From contig CAZYNY010000003.1 in NCBI GenBank assembly GCA_964648095.1, positions 1-58,530 on the forward strand: a stretch of DNA of 58,530 bases, read 5' to 3'. Source of the stretch: an uncultured Nitrospirota bacterium (GTDB lineage Bacteria; Nitrospirota; Nitrospiria; JACRHA01). The notes below the pieces were generated by a model. That model worked only from the letters and a program-made list of their open reading frames with translations. It was not told the DNA's origin and ran no database searches. Of this stretch, positions 45,018 to 56,189 are shown piece by piece (the first letter of the stretch is position 1; each line of letters starts with the position of its first letter). The translations under genes and the position numbers were made by a program.

Positions 45018-45931
45018 ATATCCTTTGCAGTCATCAAGCCCCTGCGCCATCGGTTGTGCATCCAGACCCACTGCCCCGGATACTTCCTGATAAAAGACTC
45101 TATGATACCCGTAAATATTGCCGTGTTATGAAGTATATCAGATTTCGTATCTCCGCTCCTCCTCAATCCCTCCGGTTTATTTATAATAATCCTGTGTCTG
45201 TATCCTTCTTCCCTGACCATAAAGATCATAAGTACAGGAATATTAAACCTGAGGGCAAGGGACGTAATCCCGGTTGGGGTATATGCCTTTTTACCAAAGA
45301 AATCCACATATATACCATCGCTTTCGATGTCCTGATCAAGGAGGACACCGAGCATCCCGTTGTCCCGGAAGGATTTGATGATCTTTCTGGCTGATAAGCG
45401 CTCACCCCGTATGATGGTCTCGATGTTGAACCTGGAGCGATAGGCATTTGTCATCTCCCCCAATCGAATATTTTTCGCCGGCGCCGCAATTACACTCAGC
45501 TTGTAACCCATTTGAGCCAGAAGCATGCCGAGTAGTTCCCAGTTTCCGATATGGGCAGTTATGAGTATAAGGCCTTTACCTAAATTAAGGGCCTCTTTTA
45601 AATAGCCCTCCCCTTCTACTGTTATAGACTTCTGGATATTTTTAAGCCCCCTCCATCTTATACACAAGAGCTCAAAAAGAGATCTGCCCAGGTTTTCAAA
45701 GCAGGCATTTGCAGTCCTCCCTATCTCTTCCTCATCCATCTCCCCTTCAAAGGCAAATCTAAGGTTTTCAATGGTCTTCTTTTTGTGTCTTATCAGGAGA
45801 TAACATGCAAGCCTTCCCAATAGACCACCGATGACTACCCCCATTTTATATGGGACTATAGCTCCAGCTAAAATAAGAGTCTTTAATCCTGTAAGGACGA
45901 TCCAATCGATGAACCTCTTCTTAAATCTCAT
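45014..45931 (-). CDS. Lipid A late acyltransferase / lysophospholipid acyltransferase (LpxL/HtrB family)
   Basis: ITAHIGNWELLG (HX4-type acyltransferase motif as in LpxL) and C-terminal YPGQWVWMHNRWR. Confidence 0.8.
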   Translation of the reverse strand: MRFKKRFIDWIVLTGLKTLILAGAIVPYKMGVVIGGLLGRLACYLLIRHKKKTIENLRFAFEGEMDEEEIGRTANACFENLGRSLFELLCIRWRGLKNIQKSITVEGEGYLKEALNLGKGLILITAHIGNWELLGMLLAQMGYKLSVIAAPAKNIRLGEMTNAYRSRFNIETIIRGERLSARKIIKSFRDNGMLGVLLDQDIESDGIYVDFFGKKAYTPTGITSLALRFNIPVLMIFMVREEGYRHRIIINKPEGLRRSGDTKSDILHNTAIFTGIIESFIRKYPGQWVWMHNRWRRGLMTAKDI

Positions 45932-45939
45932 CTGCCCTA

Positions 45940-46175
45940 TTTAAAGGGGCTTGCGTCGCCCCCTCCACCGGCAAAGCCGAAGCGAGCATCCGGCTTTGCC
46001 GGTGCAAGCGCGGGGTGTGGGGGCATCGGAGGAGCAACTGCACCGCACGGGCCCCCACAGATGATCGTCGCCTCCCCCTCAACGCTCGCTTTGCTCGCTG
46101 GTTTTAGTCGCTGCCTCCAAAGTCTTTGCCTTTGGAGGCTCCCCCTCTCGCTCACGTTGTTCGCTGGCCGGAATA
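45940..46175. repeat. GC-rich structured repeat (family C, long copy)
   Basis: The 27-mer is shared with 6744-6770. 12-bp stem CCGGCAAAGCCG (45968-45979) / CGGCTTTGCCGG (45991-46002). 9-bp stem CCTCCAAAG (46114-46122) / CTTTGGAGG (46130-46138). Two copies of the CTCCCCCTC...GCTCGC...TTGCTCGCT block. Confidence 0.85.
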
Positions 46176-46193
46176 AGCCGACACCGACAACGC

Positions 46194-46751
46194 TTATGGT
46201 GTAGTTCCGCTATCATTATTTTTTGCAAAGAGGAGAAGGTCTATTAGTTCTCTTACTGCCCCGCTTCCACCCTCTTTCTCCGTAACCAGGTCAACAATAT
46301 CCTTGACATCATCGACCGAGTTGGCAGGCGCAGCCGAGAGACCAACCCTTTCCAGTACGGCTAAATCTATCAGGTCATCCCCTATGAATGCTACCTCCTC
46401 TTCTTTGAGCCGATATCTCTTTCTGATATCATTATATACTTTATCCTTTTCAATGACCTTCTGATGTACCTCATCTATTTTAAGTTCCTTTGCCCTTACC
46501 TCAACTATCTTAGATTTTCTTCCCGTGATGATCCCAACCTTGATCCCTGCCTTCTGAACGAGGTATATCCCGTGTCCGTCATAGATATTGAAAGCCTTGA
46601 CCTCCCTCCCTTCGCTGTCGTAGTAGATCTTACCGTCAGTCATGACCCCATCTACATCCAGCAGGAGAAACCTTATCTTCCTTGCCTTTTCCAGAAGCCT
46701 CCTGTTTCTGAATATCTTTTTCTTTGAACCCGCATTAAGAGATCTTTTCAT
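46194..46751 (-). CDS. kdsC: 3-deoxy-D-manno-octulosonate 8-phosphate phosphatase
   Basis: HAD motif LLLDVDGVMTDGKIYY, GDDLIDL. Confidence 0.9.
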   Translation of the reverse strand: MKRSLNAGSKKKIFRNRRLLEKARKIRFLLLDVDGVMTDGKIYYDSEGREVKAFNIYDGHGIYLVQKAGIKVGIITGRKSKIVEVRAKELKIDEVHQKVIEKDKVYNDIRKRYRLKEEEVAFIGDDLIDLAVLERVGLSAAPANSVDDVKDIVDLVTEKEGGSGAVRELIDLLLFAKNNDSGTTP

Positions 46752-47707
46752 ATAACTCCCAGTTCAAGAAGGTCATGAAGGTGGACAATACCTTCGATCT
46801 TCCCTTTCTTATCTGCAACTACAAGAGACGTTATCTTGTGGCTCTCCATAACACCTACCGCCTTTGCGGCCAAAGAATCCCTGTCAATTGACTTAGGATT
46901 CCTTGTCATAACGTCCCCTGCCCTCTTATGTAGGATATCAGTCTCCTTTACAAGCAGCCTCCTGAGGTCGCCGTCTGTAATAATCCCGGAGATCCTGTCA
47001 TCTTTATCCTTCACAATTGTTACACCAAGTTTTTTTGAAGAGATCTCATATATTGCATCCTTCATAAGCGTATCTTCTGATACGACAGGGATCTTATCCC
47101 CTTTATGCATCACATCCTCGACCTTCATCAGGAGCCTCTTTCCTAAACTTCCACCCGGATGAAATGATGCGAAATCCTCTTCCTTAAAACCCTTTTTCTC
47201 AAGCAGGGCAATGGCCAGCGCATCGCCCATGGCAAGCGCCGCAGTGGTGCTTGCAGTAGGTATCAGACCCATAGAGCAGGCCTCCTCTTTCACGCTTATA
47301 TCTATAAAGAGGTCACTATTCCTGGCCAGAGTAGACCTATGGTTTCCTACGAGAGAGATCAAGATAATATTCAATCTCTTCAATACCGGGAGGATCCTTA
47401 TAATCTCCTGTGTCTCGCCGCTATTTGATATTGCAATTACAAGATCCCCGCGGCAGACCATTCCTAGGTCGCCATGAATCCCCTCGGCAGGATGGAGGAA
47501 GAAGGCCGGTTTACCGGTAGAGGCAAGGGTTGCCGCTATCTTTTTGCCTATTAATCCTGATTTCCCCATCCCGGTAACAACCACCCTACCCTGACAGGCA
47601 ATAAGCTCCTCAACTACCCTGACGAAGTTTCCATCGATCCGGTCTATCAGCGCAGCGACAGCCTCAGACTCTATCTTTAATACCCTCTTTGCGCTATCGA
47701 TTATCAT
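46748..47707 (-). CDS. kdsD: Arabinose-5-phosphate isomerase (SIS + tandem CBS)
   Basis: GRVVVTGMGKSG, ISNSGET, and a C-terminal CBS pair. Confidence 0.92.
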   Translation of the reverse strand: MIIDSAKRVLKIESEAVAALIDRIDGNFVRVVEELIACQGRVVVTGMGKSGLIGKKIAATLASTGKPAFFLHPAEGIHGDLGMVCRGDLVIAISNSGETQEIIRILPVLKRLNIILISLVGNHRSTLARNSDLFIDISVKEEACSMGLIPTASTTAALAMGDALAIALLEKKGFKEEDFASFHPGGSLGKRLLMKVEDVMHKGDKIPVVSEDTLMKDAIYEISSKKLGVTIVKDKDDRISGIITDGDLRRLLVKETDILHKRAGDVMTRNPKSIDRDSLAAKAVGVMESHKITSLVVADKKGKIEGIVHLHDLLELGVI

Positions 47708-48528
47708 CCATCATCCTTCAATGCCCTGTAAATCCGCATCACCTGGGAGAGAAGCCCCTTAAGGTATGAAAGGTCTATCATGTTTGGTCCGTCGCATAAG
47801 GCATCCTTTGGTGACGGGTGTACCTCCAGGAAGAGCCCATCACACCCTGCGGCCACAGCTGCCCTGGCAAGCACAGAAACAAACTCAGGCTGGCCGGAAG
47901 ATGACGACCCTGCGCCACCCGGCAGCTGGACGGAATGCGTAGCGTCAAAGATTACCGGATAACCGCCGGCCTTCATTATCGGAATCCCCCTCATATCTAC
48001 CACAAGGTTGTTGTATCCGAAGCTTGTTCCTCTCTCGGTTAATATTATTGACTTATTCCCTGTTGATTCTATCTTCTCGGTTATATTTTTCATCTCCCAG
48101 GGGGAGAGGAACTGCCCCTTTTTTATATTTATGGTCTTGCCCGTCCCGGCAGCAGCCAGTATGAGGTCTGTCTGCCTGCATAGGAGCGCCGGTATCTGTA
48201 TGACATCGAGGATACCGGAGGATAAACTTACCTCCTCCAGATTATGCACATCAGAGAGTATGGGGATACCGAGCTTATTCTTTACCCCTTCAAGGGCCTT
48301 AAGTCCCTCCTTTATTCCGGGTCCCCGGAAGGAGCTGATAGATGACCTGTTGGCCTTATCATAAGATGCCTTGAAGATAAAAGGAATCCCGAATGTGCTT
48401 GAGATCTCCTTAATCTCACCGGCTATACTTATAAGCCTGTCAACATCTTCAATAACACAGGGACCGGCAATAAGCATGGGAGGATTTGCGCCGCCTGCCT
48501 TCAGGCCGCATACGGAAATTTCCCTCAC
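47704..48528 (-). CDS. kdsA: 2-dehydro-3-deoxyphosphooctonate aldolase (Kdo8P synthase)
   Basis: [32 protein letters not shown]. Confidence 0.95.
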   Translation of the reverse strand: MREISVCGLKAGGANPPMLIAGPCVIEDVDRLISIAGEIKEISSTFGIPFIFKASYDKANRSSISSFRGPGIKEGLKALEGVKNKLGIPILSDVHNLEEVSLSSGILDVIQIPALLCRQTDLILAAAGTGKTINIKKGQFLSPWEMKNITEKIESTGNKSIILTERGTSFGYNNLVVDMRGIPIMKAGGYPVIFDATHSVQLPGGAGSSSSGQPEFVSVLARAAVAAGCDGLFLEVHPSPKDALCDGPNMIDLSYLKGLLSQVMRIYRALKDDG

Positions 48529-50174
48529 AGCAGGCTCCCCTCCTCCGCCTCTCTCTTTTTGGATTTAGAGGATTTCTTTTTCTTGTTGCAAAGGGATGCC
48601 TTTATAAACTCCCTGCAAAGAGGCTGAGGGCCCAGTAGTCTTGACTTAAATTCGGGATGGAACTGTGTTGCAATAAACCAGGGGTGGTCAGGGAGTTCTA
48701 TTATCTCAACAAGCCTTCCATCAGGAGACGTCCCGCTTACTGTTAAACCTGCCTTTGTAAGCATAACCCTGTATTTGTTGTTAAACTCATATCTGTGCCT
48801 GTGTCTTTCGGATATACTTTCAGACTGATAGATCCTTGAGGCAAGGGTATCCTTTTCGATGACGCATGGATATGCGCCCAATCGCATTGTCCCGCCTTTT
48901 TTGTCAACAGACCTCTGATCAGGGAGCAGGTCTATTACGGGATGGGGTGAATCAGGATTAAATTCTGAGCTGTTGGCCCCCTCCAGTCCGGCAATATTCC
49001 TTGCGAATTCGACTACGCTGCATTGCATTCCAAGACATATACCTAGAAAGGGGATCTGATTTTCCCTCGCGTATTTAATCGATGATATCTTTCCTTCTAT
49101 CCCCCTGTTTCCAAAACCACCAGGTATTAAGATGCCGTCTACATCCTTCAGGTATCCATCGGGTCCGAACCTTTCAGCGTCTTCTGCGTCTATCCATTTG
49201 ATATCAACCCCTGTCTCATAGGCTATCCCGCCGTGTGTAAGCGCCTCAGACAGGCTCTTATATGACTCTTTAAGTGCAACATATTTTCCTACGAGGGCTA
49301 TCTTTACGGTATGCCTCGGGTTCTTTACCCGCTTTACAATCCTCTCCCATTCACCAAGGTCCGGTTTTATTGTCTTAAGACCTAGGAGGGATACAATAAT
49401 ATCATCAAGCCCTTCCTTGTGGAATATTATCGGCACCTCATAAACAGACTCCACATCCTTAGCTGTAATCACCTCTGATGGCTCAACAGAGCAGAATAAT
49501 GCGATCTTCTTTTTTATCTCCGCAGAGAGGAAACGGTCCGTCCGGCAAAGGAGGATATGGGGTTGTATGCCTATCTCCCTCAGTTTATTGACACTATGCT
49601 GTGTCGGTTTCGTCTTGAGCTCTTCGGCGGCATTTATATATGGCACCAGTGTAAGGTGTATGTAGATTACGTTCTCCCTTCCAACGTCAAAGGGAAACTG
49701 CCTTATCGCCTCCAGGAAGGGGAGACTTTCTATGTCTCCGATTGTGCCGCCGATCTCTGTTATCACTACGTCTACATCCTTTTTCGCCACGGCCCTGATA
49801 CATCTTTTTATCTCATCTGTAATATGCGGCACCACCTGAACAGTCCCGCCCAGATAGTCGCCTCTCCTCTCCTTGGTAATCACATCGTAGTAGATCCTTC
49901 CGGAGGTATGATTATTCTCCTTGGACAATGTTACTGATGTATAACGCTCATAATGTCCGAGATCAAGGTCTGTTTCGGCCCCGTCATCCGTAACAAAGAC
50001 CTCGCCATGTTGATAGGGATTCATGGTGCCCGGGTCGACATTTATATAAGGGTCAAGCTTGAGAAAGGTTACCTTTAATCCCCTGCTCTCGAGGAGCCCT
50101 CCTATAGCGGCAGAGGAGAGACCTTTGCCCAGAGATGATACAACGCCCCCTGTGACAAATATATATTTTGTCAT
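48525..50174 (-). CDS. pyrG: CTP synthase
   Basis: [25 protein letters not shown] glutaminase Cys, QFHPEF. Confidence 0.97.
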   Translation of the reverse strand: MTKYIFVTGGVVSSLGKGLSSAAIGGLLESRGLKVTFLKLDPYINVDPGTMNPYQHGEVFVTDDGAETDLDLGHYERYTSVTLSKENNHTSGRIYYDVITKERRGDYLGGTVQVVPHITDEIKRCIRAVAKKDVDVVITEIGGTIGDIESLPFLEAIRQFPFDVGRENVIYIHLTLVPYINAAEELKTKPTQHSVNKLREIGIQPHILLCRTDRFLSAEIKKKIALFCSVEPSEVITAKDVESVYEVPIIFHKEGLDDIIVSLLGLKTIKPDLGEWERIVKRVKNPRHTVKIALVGKYVALKESYKSLSEALTHGGIAYETGVDIKWIDAEDAERFGPDGYLKDVDGILIPGGFGNRGIEGKISSIKYARENQIPFLGICLGMQCSVVEFARNIAGLEGANSSEFNPDSPHPVIDLLPDQRSVDKKGGTMRLGAYPCVIEKDTLASRIYQSESISERHRHRYEFNNKYRVMLTKAGLTVSGTSPDGRLVEIIELPDHPWFIATQFHPEFKSRLLGPQPLCREFIKASLCNKKKKSSKSKKREAEEGSLL

Positions 50175-50914
50175 TTTACCCCCAGTCTCTTTGCTGCCTC
50201 CTCCAGATCATCCGGTGTATCGACCCGGCAGGAATCGCACTCTGTTTCATAGACCTTAATTCTATGTCCCATCTCAATAAAGCGGAGCTGTTCCAATTTT
50301 TCGCTATCCTCGAGAAGGCCTGTAGGCATCTTCGAGAACTCAATGAGAGGACCCTTCCTGTATACGTATATACCGAGATGTTGATAATATGTCTTTGGCA
50401 ATATCCTTTTATGGTCTGATAAATCCCGTATGCAGGGGATGGGTGACCTTGAGAAGTACATGGCAAATCCGTCTATGTCGGTTACTACCTTTACAAGATT
50501 CGGATTGGTTACATCAGACATAGAGTTCATCTCCCTCTTCAGTGTGGCCATCTCAAGTCCAGGCTCTCTTTGAAAGGCCTCTATTAACCCGTCTATAAAG
50601 GCCGGATCAGAGGGGACCTCATCCCCCTGAAGATTTACATATATCTCCGAGTCTATCCTACCTGCCACCTCTGCAAGCCTGTCTCCTCCTGTACGGTTTT
50701 TATCTGAAGTCATTAAGGCATTACCGCCAAAAGACTTTACCTTATCAAGGATCCTCTGATCGTCAGTAGCCACAATAACCTCTTTTACAAATCTCGCTTT
50801 TAAAGCAAGCTCATACACATGCTGTATTAACGGCCTTCCGCCGATAGGGACCAATGGTTTTCCCGGGAACCTCTTTGATCCATATCTTGCCGGTATGACC
50901 AGGGTAACTCCCAT
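50171..50914 (-). CDS. kdsB: 3-deoxy-manno-octulosonate cytidylyltransferase
   Basis: [21 protein letters not shown]. Confidence 0.94.
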   Translation of the reverse strand: MGVTLVIPARYGSKRFPGKPLVPIGGRPLIQHVYELALKARFVKEVIVATDDQRILDKVKSFGGNALMTSDKNRTGGDRLAEVAGRIDSEIYVNLQGDEVPSDPAFIDGLIEAFQREPGLEMATLKREMNSMSDVTNPNLVKVVTDIDGFAMYFSRSPIPCIRDLSDHKRILPKTYYQHLGIYVYRKGPLIEFSKMPTGLLEDSEKLEQLRFIEMGHRIKVYETECDSCRVDTPDDLEEAAKRLGVK

Positions 50915-50916
50915 AT

Positions 50917-51918
50917 TTATTGCCTCTCCAACCCTTTAAGTCCCCTCTCGAGACTTGACCTATCAACGGGCGTCGCGCCAATAGTACCTACTACTATGCC
51001 TGCTGCATGGTTTGCAATTATCGCGGCCTCAACCATAGAGGCCCCGGCAGCTATGCACAAGGCAAAGGTCCCGACTACAGTATCTCCGGCCCCAGTGACA
51101 TCAAATACCTCCTTTGCCGTTGTCTGGATGTGTGAAATATTACCATCCCTCTCGAAGAGGCTCATTCCATGTTCTCCCCTTGTTATTAAAACAGCCTCAT
51201 TATTGAGCACCTCAAGCAGCCTCATTCCTGCACGGTGGAGCGTATCATCATCCTCTATCTCTATGCCTGATGCAAGGGATGCCTCGTGGCTGTTAGGGGT
51301 AATGACATTGACATCCCTGTAGTACTTAAAATGCTTGGGTTTGGGGTCTGCAACTATCTTTACAGCCCTCAAGCCTGACATATTTGACAGCTCCTTGATG
51401 ATCTCCTGGGTAATTACACCCTTTGCATAGTCTGATATTATTACAGTCTTGTATTGATCCATCCTCTCCCTGATATAATTGATCATGGTTTTCTGGGTGT
51501 CTTTTGATAACTTCTCCCTCTTCTCTGTGTCAAATCTAACGACTTGCTGACTGTTTGCAATTATCCTGGTCTTCTTTGTTGTCGGCCGTTTGTCTTCTAC
51601 TGTAACCCCTTCTGTCGCTATCCCTTTTCCCCTCAACTCATGGATGATCATCCTCCCGGGCTCATCGTGTCCTACTACCCCGCATATATCTGCATGACCC
51701 CCAAGGGATAATATGTTATTTAATACATTTGCTGCCCCGCCAAGCATGAAGGACTCGGACGTGACATCTACAACAGGGACAGGGGCCTCAGGAGAGATCC
51801 TGCTTACCTTTCCCCAGATGTAATGATCAAGGATGAGGTCACCGACAACAAGTACCTTAACCTCCCGGAACCTGTCGAGGTATCTCCCCAGGGATCTGGT
51901 ATCAACCCCATTTATCAC
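50917..51918 (-). CDS. rfaE1: D-glycero-beta-D-manno-heptose-7-phosphate kinase (RfaE domain I only)
   Basis: PfkB-family kinase (VLVVGDLILDHYIWG...DVTGAGDTV). 333 aa, with no cytidylyltransferase-like domain II. Confidence 0.85.
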   Translation of the reverse strand: MINGVDTRSLGRYLDRFREVKVLVVGDLILDHYIWGKVSRISPEAPVPVVDVTSESFMLGGAANVLNNILSLGGHADICGVVGHDEPGRMIIHELRGKGIATEGVTVEDKRPTTKKTRIIANSQQVVRFDTEKREKLSKDTQKTMINYIRERMDQYKTVIISDYAKGVITQEIIKELSNMSGLRAVKIVADPKPKHFKYYRDVNVITPNSHEASLASGIEIEDDDTLHRAGMRLLEVLNNEAVLITRGEHGMSLFERDGNISHIQTTAKEVFDVTGAGDTVVGTFALCIAAGASMVEAAIIANHAAGIVVGTIGATPVDRSSLERGLKGLERQ

Positions 51919-51927
51919 TTGCCACCC

Positions 51928-52569
51928 CTATTTGATCAGCATGCCAAGTCTGTTCCACCTGACCTGATTTAGATATATAAGACAGGCAAGGCTGCTTTTG
52001 TCTTTGCAGGACCAGTACACACCGAAGGCCTTGCCTTTTACCTTGTTCAGCTTTACAAAACCCCAGAACCTGCTATCCAGACTCTGATCCCTGTTATCCC
52101 CCATCATAAAATATGAATCCTGGGGCACGATGATCGGGTCAAGATTGTCTCTCGGTTGAAACTCCTTTGGAAGGATAGATGGATCTCTATGTATTACATA
52201 TGGTTCGTCAAAAGACTTTCCGTTTATATAGACCACTTTATTTTTGATCTCAATAATATCTCCCGGAAGGCCGATGACCCTCTTTATAAAATCTTTTGAC
52301 TCATCCTCAGGATATTTAAATACGATTACATCGTTCTTTTTTGGTTTCCCGATGGATATCAGGAACCTATCTGTAAATGGGATCTTGACCCCATAAATGA
52401 ACTTGTTTACCAATATATGGTCGCCAATCTCAAGGGTTGGTATCATCGATCCTGATGGTATCTTATATGCCTGAACTATAAAAGCCCGGATAAACAGGGC
52501 CATCAAAACGGCCAAAAAAAGGGCCTCTGTATATTCACGGATGAGGGATTTTTTTCCTTTATTGACCAT
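51928..52569 (-). CDS. lepB: Signal peptidase I
   Basis: IPSGSMIPTL, GDNRDQSLDSRFWG. Start at ATG 52569 (MVNKGKKSLIREY), 32 nt after the lepA stop. The longer ORF-track start would overlap lepA by 100 nt. Confidence 0.92.
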   Translation of the reverse strand: MVNKGKKSLIREYTEALFLAVLMALFIRAFIVQAYKIPSGSMIPTLEIGDHILVNKFIYGVKIPFTDRFLISIGKPKKNDVIVFKYPEDESKDFIKRVIGLPGDIIEIKNKVVYINGKSFDEPYVIHRDPSILPKEFQPRDNLDPIIVPQDSYFMMGDNRDQSLDSRFWGFVKLNKVKGKAFGVYWSCKDKSSLACLIYLNQVRWNRLGMLIK

Positions 52570-52601
52570 GCTTTTCCCGATATCGATCTCTTGCTCTTGG
52601 C

Positions 52602-54398
52602 TCAATCCTTCACCTTTAATAGTGTTAAGAATGCCTCCTGTGGTATCTCTACCCTTCCGACCTGTTTCATCCTCTTTTTCCCCTCTTTCTGTTTCTCCCA
52701 TAATTTCCTCTTTCTTGTTATATCACCCCCATAGCATTTGGCAGTTACATCCTTTTTTAATGCCTTTACTGTCTCCCTTGCAATTACCCGGCTGTTGATC
52801 GCAGCCTGGATCGCAACATCAAAGAGTTGACGTGGGATGACCGCCCTCATTTTTTCTGCTATATGTCTTGCCCTTAAAACGGCCTTCTCTTTATAGGCTA
52901 TAAATGAGAGCGCGTCTACGGTCTCCCCGTTAAGAAGGATATCTATCTTCACAAGGTCAGCGTCACGGTATCCGATGAACTCATAGTCGAATGAGGCATA
53001 GCCCCTGCTCATAGACTTGAGCTTGTCGTAGAAATCGAGGATAACCTCGTTTAATGGAATTTCATATTTCAAGATTACCCGATCTATATCCAGGTAGGCG
53101 AGTTCTTTCTGTATCCCCCTCTTTTCCTGGCAGAGGGCAAGCATCTGCCCCAGGTATGTCTCAGGGGTAATAATAGTGCCCAAGATATACGGTTCTTCAA
53201 ATCGAGATATCTTATTGGGCGGCGGCAGCTTGTAGGGGTTGTCAATATATACAACAGCGCCATCATTCGTTGTTATGCTGTAAACTACTGTGGGGGCGGT
53301 ACTTATAAGGTTTAGATTGTATTCCCGCTCAAGTCTCTCCTGTATGATCTCCATATGGAGGAGACCCAGAAATCCACACCGGAAACCAAACCCGAGTGCG
53401 AGGGAGGTCTCAGGGTCATGGGTAAAGGATGAGTCGTTTAGGCGAAGCTTCTCCAGTGCATCCCTTAACTCCTCGTACTGCGAACTGTCCACTGTATAGA
53501 GCCCGCAGAATACCATCGGCTTTACTGCCTTGTATCCTGATAGCGGTTTCTGGGCCGGGTTGTCGACAGAGGTAATTGTATCACCGATCTTGGTATCCAA
53601 CACCTTCTTTATCGCTGCAGCAAGATACCCCACCTCTCCTGTGGTAAGCTCATCTACCTGCCGCATCTTTGGGGTAAAGAGACCAACGGATGTAACTGTA
53701 AATATCTTATCCGTTGACATCATCTTTATCCTGTCACCCTCCCTTACCTTTCCATCTACAATCCTGATCAGCACAATTACACCCTGATAGCTATCAAACC
53801 ATGAGTCAAAGATTAGGGCCCTAAGCGGCGCGTCATGATCACCCCGGTGCTGCGGCACATTTTTCACTATGGCCTCCAGAACCTCCTGGATACCTATCCC
53901 CTCCTTGGCGCTAACCAGGATGGCATCATCGGTGTCAAGATCCAGTACATCCGTAATCTGTCTCTTTACCTTTTCAACGTCAGCAGACTGAAGATCAATC
54001 TTATTAATAACAGGTATGATTACCAGATCATTTTCCATTGCAAGATAGGCATTGGCAATGGTCTGGGCCTCAACCCCCTGCGTTGCATCGACAACGAGGA
54101 GTACCCCCTCGCATGCGGCAAGACTCCTTGAGACCTCGTAACTGAAATCGACATGACCCGGGGTGTCTATTAGGTTGAGGATATATTCCTTCCCATCCTT
54201 CGCCTTATAATTTAGCCTTACAGCATGGGCCTTTATGGTAATCCCGCGCTCCCTTTCCAGGTCCATATCATCCAGGAATTGCTCCCTGATCTCTCTTTTA
54301 TTGATTGTACCTGTATATTCAAGGAGCCTGTCGGCTAAGGTAGACTTCCCATGGTCTATATGGGCCACAATAGAGAAGTTCCTAATATCCTTGTGCAT
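52602..54398 (-). CDS. lepA: Elongation factor 4
   Basis: [34 protein letters not shown], and a LepA-specific C-terminal domain. Confidence 0.97.
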   Translation of the reverse strand: MHKDIRNFSIVAHIDHGKSTLADRLLEYTGTINKREIREQFLDDMDLERERGITIKAHAVRLNYKAKDGKEYILNLIDTPGHVDFSYEVSRSLAACEGVLLVVDATQGVEAQTIANAYLAMENDLVIIPVINKIDLQSADVEKVKRQITDVLDLDTDDAILVSAKEGIGIQEVLEAIVKNVPQHRGDHDAPLRALIFDSWFDSYQGVIVLIRIVDGKVREGDRIKMMSTDKIFTVTSVGLFTPKMRQVDELTTGEVGYLAAAIKKVLDTKIGDTITSVDNPAQKPLSGYKAVKPMVFCGLYTVDSSQYEELRDALEKLRLNDSSFTHDPETSLALGFGFRCGFLGLLHMEIIQERLEREYNLNLISTAPTVVYSITTNDGAVVYIDNPYKLPPPNKISRFEEPYILGTIITPETYLGQMLALCQEKRGIQKELAYLDIDRVILKYEIPLNEVILDFYDKLKSMSRGYASFDYEFIGYRDADLVKIDILLNGETVDALSFIAYKEKAVLRARHIAEKMRAVIPRQLFDVAIQAAINSRVIARETVKALKKDVTAKCYGGDITRKRKLWEKQKEGKKRMKQVGRVEIPQEAFLTLLKVKD

Positions 54399-54621
54399 TA
54401 TGCATCCTTTTCATAAACATTAAATTATAATAATTTTCAGGGTGGATGTCAAAGATATAAACTCTGCTGAATTAGAAGATCTTGCCTCCTAAGGAACCCT
54501 TTTTTGCCATAAAAACAGACCATATATTGATATTAGGGTTTATCTATGGAATATGATAATATCATGCTAATAACATTTCTGGTGTGTTGATACTCACAAT
54601 TGTTTAAAACAGGAGGTTAGT

Positions 54622-55452
54622 ATGGCAAATGACTATTATGATTTAACAAAAAACCCCTTATTTGCTCAGGGGCCAAAGCTTGTGGCACTTGTTATTGCAG
54701 GCATAATTATCTTGATCATCCTTGGTTCATCCTTTCGGACTATTGGGCCCGGTGAACGGGGGATTGTATTCAGTCAGCTAGGCGGTGTAAAGGATGTGAT
54801 CCTGGATGAAGGGATAAGATTCAAGATACCCTTTGTTGAGGATATTATCAAGGCAGATGTAAGGATACAAAAATCCCAGACAGAGGCCTCAGCGGCCTCC
54901 AAGGATCTCCAGACAGTATCCTCAACCATTGCTGTCAACTACCATGTGGACCCTTCAAAGGTAAACAAAATATTTCAAGAGGTAGGCCTTGCCTTTAAGG
55001 AGAGGATAATAGACCCGGCAGTCCAGGAGGCAGTAAAGGCATCTGCTGCCCAATTTACGGCAGAGGAGCTGATCACAAGGAGGTCAGAGGTGAAGGACCA
55101 GATAAAGGAATCATTAGCCAAGAGGCTATTGGTGTTCAACATAATCGTAGATGAGTTTAACATAGTTGATTTCTCGTTTTCGCAACAGTTCAATGCAGCC
55201 ATAGAGTCCAAGCAGACCGCCGAACAGCAGGCATTAAAGGCCAAAAGGGATCTGGATAGGATCAAGATAGAGGCAGAGCAGAAGATCGTCCAGGCAAAGG
55301 CTGAGTCAGAGTCACAGAGACTACAAAAGGAGACCATTTCCCCGATCATCCTCCAACTAAGGGCGATAGAAAAATGGGATGGGCATTTCCCGCAGGTGGT
55401 TGGGCAGGCGATGCCATTTATAGATATAGGTAGTTTGACCCCAAAAAAATAG
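54622..55452 (+). CDS. SPFH/band-7 (prohibitin-like) membrane protein
   Basis: N-terminal TM, SPFH core (GERGIVFSQLGGV...), and a C-terminal A/E/Q-rich coiled coil. AGGAGG SD upstream. Confidence 0.88.
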   Translation: MANDYYDLTKNPLFAQGPKLVALVIAGIIILIILGSSFRTIGPGERGIVFSQLGGVKDVILDEGIRFKIPFVEDIIKADVRIQKSQTEASAASKDLQTVSSTIAVNYHVDPSKVNKIFQEVGLAFKERIIDPAVQEAVKASAAQFTAEELITRRSEVKDQIKESLAKRLLVFNIIVDEFNIVDFSFSQQFNAAIESKQTAEQQALKAKRDLDRIKIEAEQKIVQAKAESESQRLQKETISPIILQLRAIEKWDGHFPQVVGQAMPFIDIGSLTPKK

Positions 55453-55496
55453 GCAGTTCAATATAGCCCTTATGAGAATAGTCAAAGGGTATAGTT

Positions 55497-56189
55497 GTGA
55501 GTAGAGACATTAAACGAATTGGCGCCTTCCTTGCTGCACTGGCTATTGCTTTGTTTATTACAGCAATGGAGGAGTCTCTTGCGTTTGACCCTGGAGGGCC
55601 GGCTGGGATAAAAGATCTGAAAAAGGGTGTATTTCTAATAGCTGCATCCAAACTCTATGACCCTCATTTCAGCCACTCCGTGATCCTGATCCTCATGTAC
55701 GAAAAAGAGGGGGCACTGGGATTAGTAATAAACAGGTCCACGGATATCCCCCTTGAGCAGGCATTGCCGGGGCTTAAGGGGGCAGAATTGCTTTCTTCTA
55801 CTCTTTTCTATGGGGGGCCTGTAGGTCGGGATCATGTGACGGCCCTTTTGCGCACCGATAAACTACCTGAAGGGGTAAAAAGGGTATTCGATAATGTGTA
55901 TGTTATAGAAGACATGAGGCCGCTGATTGAGGTAATTCAGGGTGCTGATCCGGAGAAGAAGGTCCGGATCTATTCCGGTTATGCCGGCTGGGGACCAGGA
56001 CAGCTTGATGGAGAGGTTGCAAGAAGGGATTGGATAATCGTTACTGCTGACCCTGATATTATATTTTCTGAAAATCCATTAGGTGTATGGGAAGAGCTTT
56101 ATAAAAGAGGTAGGAAGATAGAGGCTTATGATCAAACCGGGCCGGATTATATCCCTTCTAAATATCATACCAAAGTCAGAATTCAGTAG
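55497..56189 (+). CDS. YqgE/AlgH-family protein with N-terminal signal-like segment
   Basis: GVFLIAASKLYDPHFSHSVILILMYEKEGALGLVINR and IYSGYAGWGPGQLDGE (UPF0301 pattern). GTG start. The stop TAG is supplied by the first TCAGTAG unit of repeat A2. Confidence 0.8.
   Translation: MSRDIKRIGAFLAALAIALFITAMEESLAFDPGGPAGIKDLKKGVFLIAASKLYDPHFSHSVILILMYEKEGALGLVINRSTDIPLEQALPGLKGAELLSSTLFYGGPVGRDHVTALLRTDKLPEGVKRVFDNVYVIEDMRPLIEVIQGADPEKKVRIYSGYAGWGPGQLDGEVARRDWIIVTADPDIIFSENPLGVWEELYKRGRKIEAYDQTGPDYIPSKYHTKVRIQ

Noticed and set aside
45937-46155. 72-aa ORF (minus strand) in the kdsC/lpxL spacer, and a 75-aa ORF at 6603-6830 (plus strand).
   Set aside because: Both are read through the GC-rich repeat. 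The Pro/Gly/Ala/Arg-rich sequence has no start context. The open frames are a by-product of GC-rich repeat DNA.
48525-50174. pyrG embedded between kdsB and kdsA as an oddity.
   Set aside because: pyrG-kdsA linkage is common in Gram-negative genomes, since CTP feeds CMP-Kdo synthesis. This is ordinary.
50917-51918. Heptose kinase lacking the adenylyltransferase domain of bifunctional RfaE/HldE.
   Set aside because: Split HldA/HldC (rfaE1/rfaE2) arrangements are well known. The partner gene is probably elsewhere. This is not evidence of novelty.
52570-52701. Long N-terminal extension of lepB that overlaps lepA by 100 nt. Similar extended starts occur for pgsA (45071), the second vapC (57469), the ABC ATPase (38617), the lipoprotein (32024) and the TumE-like gene (32157).
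   Set aside because: In each case an internal ATG, with better spacing to the upstream stop or to an SD, yields the canonical family N-terminus. The extensions have no family support.
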